Shown piece by piece: positions 1 to 11,432 of a stretch of 64,000 nucleotides of DNA; position 1 is the stretch's first letter; every line of letters begins with the position of its first letter. Made by a program: the position numbers and the translations under genes. The notes below the pieces were generated by a model. The model ran no database searches. It worked only from the letters and a program-made list of their open reading frames with translations, and had not been told where the DNA came from. Where the stretch lies: NCBI RefSeq assembly GCF_001194135.2, contig NC_068981.1, forward strand, positions 157,022,979 through 157,086,978, given 5' to 3'. This DNA is from Octopus bimaculoides (lineage: Eukaryota).

Positions 1-1103
1 GTGTACTCTCTCTTTTTTTTCTCTGTGGATTACCAAGAAAAAAATTTAGAAAAAAGTAAAGATGTAGAAATTGGGGTGGGGAGGGAGAAAATTAAAATAT
101 TGAGAACATGTTTTTTCGGTGAAATCCTAATTTCCTGTATTGAAAACATAGGAATCAGAAGAAATTGAGGAAAAAAATAACGGGGGAGCACAAATGTCAC
201 CTTGGACTTGCTAGAAAGGACAGGATTTCTGGGAAAATTTTTTTTAAAGTTTATATCAAAGATCACGTATTTAAATATGCTCAACACAGACAAATTACAG
301 AACAGAAAAAGGTCATTTCAATTGGATTTGAGCTGTAATGTATGTGCACACAGCAAGAAATAACATAATTCGTACAGAAGTTTTACCTAGTGTGTGTGTG
401 TCTGTGTGCCAAAGGAAGTTATTTTATGGCTTTCTTTTGTTTGAAACAGCAAAGTTGTCAACTCGATCATATGGTCAATCATATGGGATCAAATGATTGT
501 TTGTTAATTTCCGTAAATTTTTTTTATTTCTTTATACTTAGAAGGGAGCAGAAATTGAAAGGGAGGAGAAAGTGAAAAGGCAACATTTGCTTTGAAGTGA
601 GAGCAGAAAGTGAAAGGAAGGAGAAAGTGAGAGATGTATGTAGGTGTATATGAAATGGACGTGCATGCAGGCAAGAGAAAGAGTGAGTGAGTGAAGCTGT
701 GTGTTGTCATGTATGTATTATTTTGCATGTATGTGTAGCACTCACTCATTCTCTCTATCTCACACAAACACAAACATTATCTTTCATATACACATACATA
801 AAGATATATGCATACATCCTTTTTGTTTGTATGTGAGAGTGAGAGGGACTGACTGAATTTCCTCATAACATACAGAGAAATTGATGTCTTTTAATGTAAT
901 TGTTTTTAGTCGTAGGTTATTTTAATACAATATTTATGTGTACATTTTCATAAATGTTTGTCTGAGTAGAATTCTACACATGTATGAAACATCAGATGAA
1001 AGAGAAACCACAAAATTGTGCAACCCAACCTCATTTCCTAGGTTATTTTAGTAGTAAAAAGAGTTATTGCATCAAAAGCATAGTTTATTTGGTAGCCTTT
1101 ATA

Positions 1104-1984
1104 TTGGGTCATCCCATAAATAATGCGGTTTTTGTATACTTCTTTTATTTTTCAAAATTAAGATGAAGTTCCATTTTAATTTAAAATATACTCGCTTTCA
1201 TTTTCTACAAAGCTCTTCCAAAATTCATTTGTTCATGACGAAAAATATTCCTCCACTACTGTTCTGACCTCGTCTACAGAATTCATATTTTTGCCACCCA
1301 AATGATTTTGAAGACAGTAGAATAAATGATAATCAGATGGGGCAATGTCCAGCAAATATGGTGGGTGAGGCATCGTTTCCCATTCAAACTGCTCCAGCCT
1401 TTAGAATGTCATCCTCACTGTATGTGACCAAACATTATCCTGATGGAAGAACACCTTTCGTCTTGAAACCAAAGATGGCTGTTTTCCTTCTAGTACTGAC
1501 TTGAATGATTGGTTGAATGGCCAAATCCAAGCTTCTCTGCTAGTTTCTCAACAGTTATGATGGGATGTAGTTACACCTGGGTTTACAGGACGCCCTTCTT
1601 GAGTTCTACAGCTCTTTCAGGACAAGGTTTGTCTTCTAGGCTGTAGTTTCCAGCTCAGAATTTCTGGAACCAATCTTGACATTGGCTTACACTTATTGTC
1701 TGATCCCCATATACTGCATTAATATTCCTCACACTTTCCATTGTGTTGTTGACTTTACTGAAATTATAATGCAAAATATGCCAAAATGCTCCTTTGTCAC
1801 TTCCATTATAGCTTTGAAATAATAACTGTTAAAATCGAACTGCACTCTTCAAAACTTGCACTAAGAATAAGGACAAAGGTAAAATTACTACCTGCTTTTA
1901 TAGCAAGTTGATGCAGGTAGTTTATCCTGTCTCCTTCCAATTTTTAGTTCATGAAAAAACTGCATTACTTATGGGATGACCCAT
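1104..1984 (-). mobile_element. Internally deleted mariner (Tc1/mariner) element
   Basis: Inverted terminal repeats TTGGGTCATCCCATAAATAATGCGG (after TA at 1102) and its near-complement ending about 1984; contains a decayed transposase N-terminus (MEVTKEHF-like) on the minus strand. Confidence 0.85.
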
Positions 1985-2343
1985 TCTAAAGATAAATATG
2001 AGGCAGCTTTCTTTATTATAGTACAGATGTGACTAATTCAGAGAAACGTTGCCTTCATTACTGACACTTCATCACTCTTGCAATGCAACACTTAGTAATT
2101 TTGGTTCAAATTGAAAGTGTGAAACTATTTTCACTTTCTAATAAAACCTGGTCGTTGTAGAGCAGTGTCTTTCAAATAACTAAAGCTGGTTCTTGAGGTA
2201 ATATACACAATATATAAATGAAAATAAACTTATTTGGTAGCCGAAAGATTACTGAATCTTTTGATACCCCATACGCTAAAGTTGGCAAATCAGTTTTCGA
2301 ATACATAAGGAACATATGCACACATACACACAAACTCTCTTAC

Positions 2344-2396
<53 letters not shown>

Positions 2397-2649
2397 NNNN
2401 NNNNNNNNNNNNNNNNNNNNNNNNNNNNNNNNNNNNNNNNNNNNNNNNNNNNNNNNNNNNNNNNNNNNNNNNNNNNNNNNNNNNNNNNNNNNNNNNNNNN
2501 NNNNNNNNNNNNNNNNNNNNNNNNNNNNNNNNNNNNNNNNNNNNNNNNNNNNNNNNNNNNNNNNNNNNNNNNNNNNNNNNNNNNNNNNNNNNNNNNNNNN
2601 NNNNNNNNNNNNNNNNNNNNNNNNNNNNNNNNNNNNNNNNNNNNNNNNN

Positions 2650-2685
<36 letters not shown>

Positions 2686-3174
2686 GCTTCTTTTAGTTTA
2701 TGTCAGCCAAATCCACTTACAAGGCTATGATTGAATTGGGGCAATAGTAGAAGAAATTTCTTCCAAGTGCCACACAGTGGGACTGAACCCAGAACCATAT
2801 GGTTAGGAAGGAAACTTCTCAACGACATAGCCACACCTGTGTATACATACATAAATGTGCATGTGAGTGTGTGTGTGTGTATACATGTAAACTTTGTGAC
2901 CAAGCAATGGGAAAATGGGAAGCAACTAACTACTCATCAAAATTTTGTGAATTATATTGGTTACTACTGTCAATTAATAGCATTGTTCTGGTTGAATAAA
3001 ACTTGGCAATACTGATAAATTGGCAACACATGCTTTGGGTGTGAACCACAGCCAGCTTACAATATGAATCTTAGTTTCTGCCAATCAACAGTTAATGAGT
3101 ATATATATTTTTCTTAGTTCTTTTGCTCTTTACATAGTATTGAGATCTCTAGTGTTTGTTCAAACTAACAATAC

Positions 3175-3255
<81 letters not shown>
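3175..3255. repeat. (TG)n(AG)n microsatellite; many other (TA)n, (TG)n and (GAT)n tracts occur across the window
   Basis: Seen directly. Confidence 0.95.
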
Positions 3256-3257
<2 letters not shown>

Positions 3258-4473
3258 AAGAAGAAGAGTGATGGCAAAGGAGAAGAAAGAAGGAAGAGAG
3301 TGACAAAGGAATTGAAAGGAAGAGCAAATGGGAGAAAAGTGAGAGATGGAGACAAAAAAAAAGAAAAGGAAGGAAGATGCAAATAGAGAGTTGGATAAGG
3401 AAAGAAAGGGGAGAGTGAAGGTTTACCCTGACTAGACAGTTTTCCACTTACAAACAATGGACCAAATGCATTTATCAAGACACAAGTTCTCTTTCCAGAC
3501 AGGAAATCTACCTTAATGAATTAATAATGCGTCAAACGGAAATAACATTTCTACAAAACATTTATAACTCAACAAGAATTAAGCTGAAGGCCCATTTAAT
3601 TTATCGATATGACATTAGTTTATTTTGGATTATATGAAAATTTGCATTAAAACTATTACATTAACTCCCAAATTGAAACTAAATGAATAACAAAACTATT
3701 TTCTTGCAAACAAATTTTAATACTCAGTCTATAATATTTTCAAATATTAAAGTGGATGGTGGTGAAGATATCTGTTAATGAGTTTGTATACATAAAGGAA
3801 AATTGCAACATCATTGTACTCCTATACCCACACCTTTCACTGTTCTATCTCATTATCCTCAAATATTTCATTGTCAAATCTAGATTTACCCTTGAACTTA
3901 CAATTCAAGGACAATTTTCGCACCATTCAAGCCTTCTCTATCAAAATTCACCCATTGCAATGAAAAGTGTCATACTTTTATATGTAAGGAAAAAATTGTG
4001 TAAGTAATAGCAGTGTAAAGACACGATTTTACATAAGCTTCAACAAAGATTTGAATCTAGTTCATGAACTTCATTCCCTACTCCCCACTTAAATAGTACC
4101 ACACTAACTTTATAACTGTTGAACTTGTATTGAGATGCCTGCAACATTCTGTAGTAATGAGCATCTACTTCAGACATTTGCATGCTGAAGCTAAAACACA
4201 CTCTCAGCATACATAGAAACACATAGCCACAGGAATGGTTGTATGGATATACAGTTCAATTTGTTACCTCACTATGAGGCATCTTAGGCAGTAGTCTTCT
4301 ACTATAGCCTTAGGCCTACTAATGCCTTGTGAGTAGATTTGGTAGACAAAGGAAGCCAACTGTATGTACGCACACATACATATGTGTGAATGTTTGAGTT
4401 TGTACCTCTTCATTGCATGATAGTTGTAAATAAGTGTCACCTGTACTATAATAAAGAAAGCTGCTTATTATTT

Positions 4474-4822
4474 ATCATCATCATTTAACGTCTGCTTTCC
4501 ATGCTAGCATGGGTTGGACGATTTGACTGAGGACTGGTGAATCAGATGGCTACACCAGGCTCCAGTCTGATTTGGCAGAGTTTCTACAGCTGGATGCCCT
4601 TCCTAACGCCAACCACTCCGAGAGTGTAGTGGGTGCTTTTACGTGCCACCGGCATGAAGGCCAGTCAGGCGGTACTGGCAACAGCCATGATCAGAATGGT
4701 GTATCTTATGTGCCACCTGCACAGGAGCCAGTCCAGTGGCACTGGCAACGACCTCGCTCGAATGTCTTTTCACGTGCCACAGGCACAAATGCCAGGAAGG
4801 CGACACTGGTAATGATCACGCT
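4474..4822 (-). mobile_element. SINE family A, (GAT)n-tailed, young copy running into a gap
   Basis: CATCATCATTTAACGTCTGCTTTCCATGCTAGCATGGGTTGGACG... is shared with copies at 20105, 47362, 48602 and in the opposite orientation at 26873-26968. Confidence 0.85.
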
Positions 4823-5498
4823 NNNNNNNNNNNNNNNNNNNNNNNNNNNNNNNNNNNNNNNNNNNNNNNNNNNNNNNNNNNNNNNNNNNNNNNNNNNNNN
4901 NNNNNNNNNNNNNNNNNNNNNNNNNNNNNNNNNNNNNNNNNNNNNNNNNNNNNNNNNNNNNNNNNNNNNNNNNNNNNNNNNNNNNNNNNNNNNNNNNNNN
5001 NNNNNNNNNNNNNNNNNNNNNNNNNNNNNNNNNNNNNNNNNNNNNNNNNNNNNNNNNNNNNNNNNNNNNNNNNNNNNNNNNNNNNNNNNNNNNNNNNNNN
5101 NNNNNNNNNNNNNNNNNNNNNNNNNNNNNNNNNNNNNNNNNNNNNNNNNNNNNNNNNNNNNNNNNNNNNNNNNNNNNNNNNNNNNNNNNNNNNNNNNNNN
5201 NNNNNNNNNNNNNNNNNNNNNNNNNNNNNNNNNNNNNNNNNNNNNNNNNNNNNNNNNNNNNNNNNNNNNNNNNNNNNNNNNNNNNNNNNNNNNNNNNNNN
5301 NNNNNNNNNNNNNNNNNNNNNNNNNNNNNNNNNNNNNNNNNNNNNNNNNNNNNNNNNNNNNNNNNNNNNNNNNNNNNNNNNNNNNNNNNNNNNNNNNNNN
5401 NNNNNNNNNNNNNNNNNNNNNNNNNNNNNNNNNNNNNNNNNNNNNNNNNNNNNNNNNNNNNNNNNNNNNNNNNNNNNNNNNNNNNNNNNNNNNNNNNN
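4823..5498. other. Assembly gap (others at 2397-2649, 8796-9018, 29522-29579, 56082-56480)
   Basis: Runs of N. The ORFs in the track that span them are artefacts. Confidence 1.
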
Positions 5499-5661
5499 AC
5501 TCTGAGTGAGAGGCCCTTTGTCACCAGCAGAGATAGGAGCTCTCTGAACTTTGCCCAGGCTATTCTTATTCTAGCAGCTACACTTTCAATGCACCCTCCC
5601 CCACTACTAACTTGGTCACCTAGATAGTGGAAGCTATCAACTAGGTGACCAAGTTAGTATC

Positions 5662-5685
<24 letters not shown>

Positions 5686-5692
<7 letters not shown>

Positions 5693-6150
5693 GTCCCATA
5701 AGTAATGCAGTTTTTCAATTGCATGAATTAAAAATCAGAGGGAGACAGGATAAACTACCTGCATCAACTTGCTATAAAAGCAGGTAGTAATTTTACCTTT
5801 GTCCTTATTCTTAGAGCAAGTTTTGAAGAGTGCAGTTCGATTTTAACAGTTATTTTTTCAAAGCTATAATGGAAGTGACAAAGGAGCACTTTGGCATATT
5901 TTGCATTATAATTTCAGTAAAGGCAACAACACAATGGAAAGTGTGAAGATTATTAATGCAGTATATGGGGATCAGACAGAAAGTGTAAGCCAGTGTCAAG
6001 AGTGATTCCAGAAATTCTGAGCTGGGAACTACAGCCTAGAACACGAGCCCCATCCTAGAAGATGTGTAGAGCTCAACAAGGGTGTCCTGTAAACCCTGGT
6101 GGAACAAAATCCCATCATAACTGTTGAGGAACTAGCAGAGAAGCTATATC
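5686..6150 (+). mobile_element. 5' half of the same mariner family (left TIR plus HTH region of the transposase)
   Basis: TA-TTGGATTGTCCCATAAGTAATGCAG TIR; translates with lesions to MEVTKEH...KGNN...WFQKF...LVEQNPIITVEELAEK, typical of the mariner N-terminus. Confidence 0.85.
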
Positions 6151-6749
6151 ACACTCATAGTGTTGGAGAACGTTGCTGTAAATGGCTGTCTCCATCACCT
6201 TTGAGATACTGGAAATGTGTGATATAGAATAATAATTGGAATGGTTGCAGGAGTTGGTTTTCTTGAGAATGAGATACACTGTAATATGTTTCTAAAGACC
6301 AGCGTGCATGTTTATAGAGTGAAAGAGTGAAGTGTTTGGTAAGTATAAGGGGCAAGTTCTTGGGTGCAATGCTTGAGAGTAAGGGGCATTGTCAGAATCA
6401 GTGACCTTGATGATTTGAAGTAACCAGAGTTATTTTTAAATTTTGTGTGTGTGTGTGTGTGTGCGTGCGCGCACAAGGTTGTCGGCTTGTATGTGTATGT
6501 ATGCAAACTTGAGGGGCAGAGAAAGATAGATTTGGAGGAGGTTAGCCAAGTGTGTAGTGTGGAGATCAATGCAATGCAAAGCAAACACAAAGGTGGGCTC
6601 TCTCCCCAGAGATACTGTTCACACACTATCATTATTCAGAAGAAGAAAATAGGATTCTGCACAGTTGATAGAGATTCTTTTAGCAAGAGGCAAGAAGGAT
6701 CACAGACAGTTTGAGAGAAAGGATAGCTTAAGAACTGTGCAAAATATGA

Positions 6750-7317
6750 AAATATCTTTCACAGTTAGATAGTTGTCTTGCAAGAGTTGTGTCGCCTAGT
6801 TTTAGGAAATGGACGCTTCCTCAAGCATTATAGGTCTTGTTTTTTTCTTGACCAGCTACAGTGTGGTCTTGTGTGAGCCACATAGTGACTTGAGGTATTA
6901 AGAGCAATAAGTTTTTGTTGTGTGTGCCATTTGGAGAGACATGCCTAGTTTCAGATCACATGTCTAGCTGCTGCTCATGGGTCAGAAGCATACGTGCTAC
7001 CAGGAATAACTGGCATAAGGTTGATGCATGTTAGATAACTGCAATGAGAGAATGGTCAGATGACCCGAAGATACAGAGACAAATATTGTTAGGTAGCAAT
7101 TAAATTTCAAGGGTAGAAGGAGCTCAAGGGTATTTGGGGTGTCTATGTGTCAGTCTGGTGTGTAAGTAGAGGGTGAAGCAAGTTGACATAGTAAGTTGAG
7201 AAATGCACGAGTTTCAACTTCTGCACAAGCAACACTGGTATGGAATGACAATAAGAGTAATGATCAGTCGTAAGCACTAATATTACCAAAGACGACCAAT
7301 TCGGAGAGGAGAGACGG

Positions 7318-7348
<31 letters not shown>

Positions 7349-7720
7349 CATTAATGCAGAAGGAGATATAGTCAATGAGTAGCTTGCTCAGGAGTTCAGA
7401 GCGTGGTAGAAGAAACAGATGTATTTGGGGAAATGAGGGAGGGAGACTTTAAGCCAAAGTAACTGGAAAGTTATTGTTGCTGAAATCCAAGTGAGAGAGG
7501 CAACTGACAGTGAGGGTAGAGTCTACATATGCACAGACACCACCTTTCAGAGCAAAGTTTGAATAGAGAATGTAACTTACAAAGTGGAAACGGATTGTAT
7601 ATATGGGTTGAGAAATGTGCATTGGAGAGAATAGGATGTGAAGTTTGCACATAAAAAGGGATGCACAGGATCTGGGCAACAATGATGTCCACATATACTA
7701 AAGAAAAGTGGAGAAAATTG
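6750..7720 (-). mobile_element. Decayed CR1/L2/Jockey-type LINE, apurinic endonuclease region
   Basis: Minus-strand fragments KGGVCAYV and L.QL..P...PD resemble APE endonuclease motifs; many stops and frameshifts. Boundaries approximate. Confidence 0.55.
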
Positions 7721-8511
7721 ATCAGAATTTTTTTTCTTTTAAAGGGTGACAGCACATTGAAAGGTAGCAGTAGCCCTCCTGCTAGAAACATAGTTCGCAA
7801 AAGGTAGCCACAAAAGGTAGCCAGCTATAGACCAGGTGATAGAGTTAAACTGGGTGACATGATGTGCATACCACCCAAAAATGAGAAAATTAAGAGAACC
7901 CTCTATGTTAAAAATAAAGACTGATATACTTTTTACCATAGATTTGCAAAGTATAGCTTTTGCACACTTACCAAAACAGTGGTGAGAGAATCACTAGGTA
8001 AATATTCAAGATTGTGCATTGGTTGGCACAGGCAAATAAAATTTTTTACCAAATAAGATGTCTCAAATGTTGGGTGGAGATGAAGAAAGAAACATTCTCA
8101 GTAATCACAAGCAGAAATAGTTATTAAAATTCTGCCTGTTTTTCACATAGGTTTAATATATTATCAAGCACTAATGTGCATTTTATTCCTTGGTATTTGT
8201 TTTATTGATGTGAGCACTGGAAATATATTCCATATATTCCACAACATTGTCCTCTGTATGGGGATCAAAACAGAAGATGTGTCCAAGAAAATCAGGAAAT
8301 ATGATGTTCATAATTTCAGCAATACTTTCTTGCTTTAGCTTAAATGAAACTAGAAGTAAAAAGAAAAGTTTATCCTAACCCTAAAGAAGGGAATTAATCA
8401 TTTCCATCTAAACAAATAACTTCCCTTCTTACAAGAAAAAAGTAACAACTTTATATAATAAAGTTTTTTTTTTTTCAATCGACTATCATTATTTATTTAT
8501 AGAATACTTAC

Positions 8512-8592
8512 GTTTGAGCTTTTAGAGCAAATTTTATAATATCCTCTTTTGTTCGATCTCCTCTATGAGTATATATGTCTTCACCTTTAACA
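8512..8592 (-). CDS. TMX3: TMX3 coding exon 5 (FVKGEDIYTHRGDRTKEDIIKFALKAQ)
   Basis: Acceptor CTGTTTTCAG, 81 nt, donor GTAAGT, phase 2 to 2. Matches human LKGDLAYNYRGPRTKDDIIEFAHRVS (recalled). No further exon was recognised in 1-8511, so the rest lies in gaps or left of the window. Confidence 0.92.
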
Positions 8593-9249
8593 CTGAAAAC
8601 AGATAAAGAAATGAAAATTATCAAAAGATCACAAATTTAGCACAGACAAGCAATGCATCCCAGCACTGTCTGGGTATTATGACCCACAACCACATTGTAT
8701 TATTTGTTCCATTCTTGTGGGCAGAATCAGCACAGTTGATAGACAGTGGACTGGATTATTGACATAATGGAAGTTATAGTTTGTTTAAAAGTGAANNNNN
8801 NNNNNNNNNNNNNNNNNNNNNNNNNNNNNNNNNNNNNNNNNNNNNNNNNNNNNNNNNNNNNNNNNNNNNNNNNNNNNNNNNNNNNNNNNNNNNNNNNNNN
8901 NNNNNNNNNNNNNNNNNNNNNNNNNNNNNNNNNNNNNNNNNNNNNNNNNNNNNNNNNNNNNNNNNNNNNNNNNNNNNNNNNNNNNNNNNNNNNNNNNNNN
9001 NNNNNNNNNNNNNNNNNNATTATACTGAAATAGCTGATGTAAAAAACACCAGACCACCACCAGAAAACCCATGCTAGAAACAATAGGTAAACAACATTAT
9101 TTCTGAAGAAACTTTTTTGCTTTCCAAAAAGCTAAAAGTGAAACATTGGGAGTTTGCAGCTTTTTGAAAGTGGTGAGGTGATGGGTGGATGTTCGGGAAG
9201 ATTTTAGAGTTTCTTTAAGAAAAAAGGAAGAAGAAAATTCTTAAAGATT

Positions 9250-9970
9250 TGTACTCTCTCTTTTTTTCTCTGTGGATTACCAAGAAAAAAATTTAGAAAA
9301 AAGTAAAGATGTAGAAATTGGGGTGGGGAGGGAGAAAATTAAAATATTGAGAACATGTTTTTTCAGTGAAATCCTAATTTCCTGTATTGAAAACATAGGG
9401 ATTGGAAGAAATCTAGGGAAAAAAATCAGGTGGGAACGCAAATGTCACCTTGGACTTGCTAGAAACAACAGGTAAAGGACAGGATTTCTGGGAAAACTTC
9501 CTTTTAAGTTTATATCACAAACACAAATTACAGAATAGAAAAAGGTCATTTCAACAGGATTTGAGCTGTAATTTTGCATGCGCACACAGCAATAATTAAC
9601 ATAATTCATACAGAAGTTTTACCCTGCGTGTGTGCGTGTGTGTGTGCATGCCAAAGAAAGTTATTTTATGGCATTCATTCATTTGAAGCAGCTAAGTGAT
9701 CAACTCATTCATATGGCTCATCATATGGGATCATATGATTGTTCATTAATTTCCATAAAAATACTTTATTTCTTTATGCAGTGAAGGGAGCAGAAATTGA
9801 AAGAGAGGAGAAAGTGAAAAGACAACATTTGCTTTGAAGTGAGAGCAGAAATTGAAAGAGAGGAGAAAGTGAAATATGTATGTAAGTGTGTATGAAATGG
9901 ACGTGTGCTTAAGAGAGAAATAGAGTGACTGAGTGAGTGAGTGAAGATGTGTGTTGTTATGTATGTAACT
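9250..9970 (+). repeat. ~720-bp direct repeat of window positions about 2-720
   Basis: The first ~150 nt are almost identical; the remainder is clearly homologous but more diverged. Confidence 0.95.
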
Positions 9971-9991
9971 TGAGTGGTCTGTAGTAGGAAC

Positions 9992-10028
<37 letters not shown>

Positions 10029-10415
10029 TTTTAGTGTCAATTTTCCATGCTGACGTGGGTTGGATGATTTAACGAGAGCTGGCAAATAGGAGAGCTTCAC
10101 CAGGTTCCAGTTTGACTTGGTTTGGTTTCTACAGCTGGATGCCCTTCCTAACATCAGCAACTTTACAGAGTGTGCTGGGTGCTTTTTCTGTGGTGCTGGC
10201 ACAGGTGCCTTTTATGTGGCACTGGTAAATGCAAATATATCTAAATTTCCAAAAATGTATGACTCACACTAAGAATATCTACTATTGCTTTGTCTTTTAT
10301 ACATATACCATGAGAATTAGACTGTTGCTAGGGTTGTGTGTACCAACTACATATACTGTATAGAATCTATATAACCAAATTGTGTCTGTGCATGTGATTT
10401 CATTTTTTTACTTAC

Positions 10416-10579
10416 AATTTTATGGTAGGGAATCCTTTGACTCCAAACATATTGGCCACATTTGAATATTTGGTACAGTCCAGCTTTCCTACTTTGATGG
10501 CAGTATGGCGAAGATGGATATAAACTTGATTGTAGATAGGTTCTAATCTCTGGCAATGGCCACACCATGGTGCATAAAA
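10416..10579 (-). CDS. TMX3: TMX3 coding exon 4, thioredoxin active site (FYAPWCGHCQRLEPIYNQVYIHLRHTAIKVGKLDCTKYSNVANMFGVKGFPTIK)
   Basis: Acceptor TTTCAG, 164 nt, donor GTAAGT. Contains the WCGHC motif, KLDCT and the cis-proline motif GFPTIK. The 154-aa ORF in the track overlaps this exon in the wrong frame. Confidence 0.95.
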
Positions 10580-11401
10580 CTGAAATTAATAAACAATTCA
10601 CAACAGTAAGCATCCTCCGTTCATTAATTACACAATAGTGAGACTTCCACAATGCAAAAATATACAGACAACATATATACATTACACAGGAACAAGATAT
10701 ATATTCACTATACATAATCAACATAAAGAGAAATAATGAAGCTAAATATACATTTAATTTATACAGGACAGAATGGCCCAACCCATTCAGTATATATGTG
10801 ACTGTTATCATTATTACATGACTCCAGTCAACACAGTGGTAATACTAACAAAATCCTAGTGGCAAGTGTTAGCAACTATGACAAAAAAGGGGAGATAATT
10901 ACAATAAGTTAAGAATTGACTCTCACAGTTAATTTACATGAGATGGAAAGTCTGATCTTTGTTTGCAGGCAAAGGACAGCAATGAACCTGTTTCAGCCTT
11001 TTAGATCTCATCAGCATGGTATAGTTTGTTCGAGCTTGCTTCATTAATTGACATAAATTTTTCAGAAATTCAATAAGAGTTACAAATAGTTTTTGGTCAG
11101 TATAATATGAAAAATAAAAAAATAAGAAGGAGCTAAAAGAAATAACTCAAATAAGCTTATGGCATTAATTTGTATAAATATATTAAGGGATTTTGTATTG
11201 AAGGTCATGCACATGCAGAAAAAAATTCTAAATTTCTTGAATTTGTCTCTAAGATGTTAAAAGAAAACAAAAAATGTTTCTAAAGATCAGGTTTCTAAAG
11301 CAAAAACCTGAGGACAATTGTCAGAGTTCATTCAATTAATTTTATCTTTTTAATTACGCAAATTATAGTGGTCAAAGATTAAGAGAAAAATTATAATTAA
11401 G

Positions 11402-11432
<31 letters not shown>

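Noticed and set aside
4572-5627. Long ORFs (351, 272, 257 aa) and similar ORFs at 2218-2696, 8727-9083 and 56008-56496
   Set aside because: They are open only because they cross N-gaps; the real bases are SINE or microsatellite.
10347-10811. 154-aa minus-strand ORF in the track
   Set aside because: It is an alternative-frame shadow of TMX3 exon 4 plus intron; the true frame encodes WCGHC.
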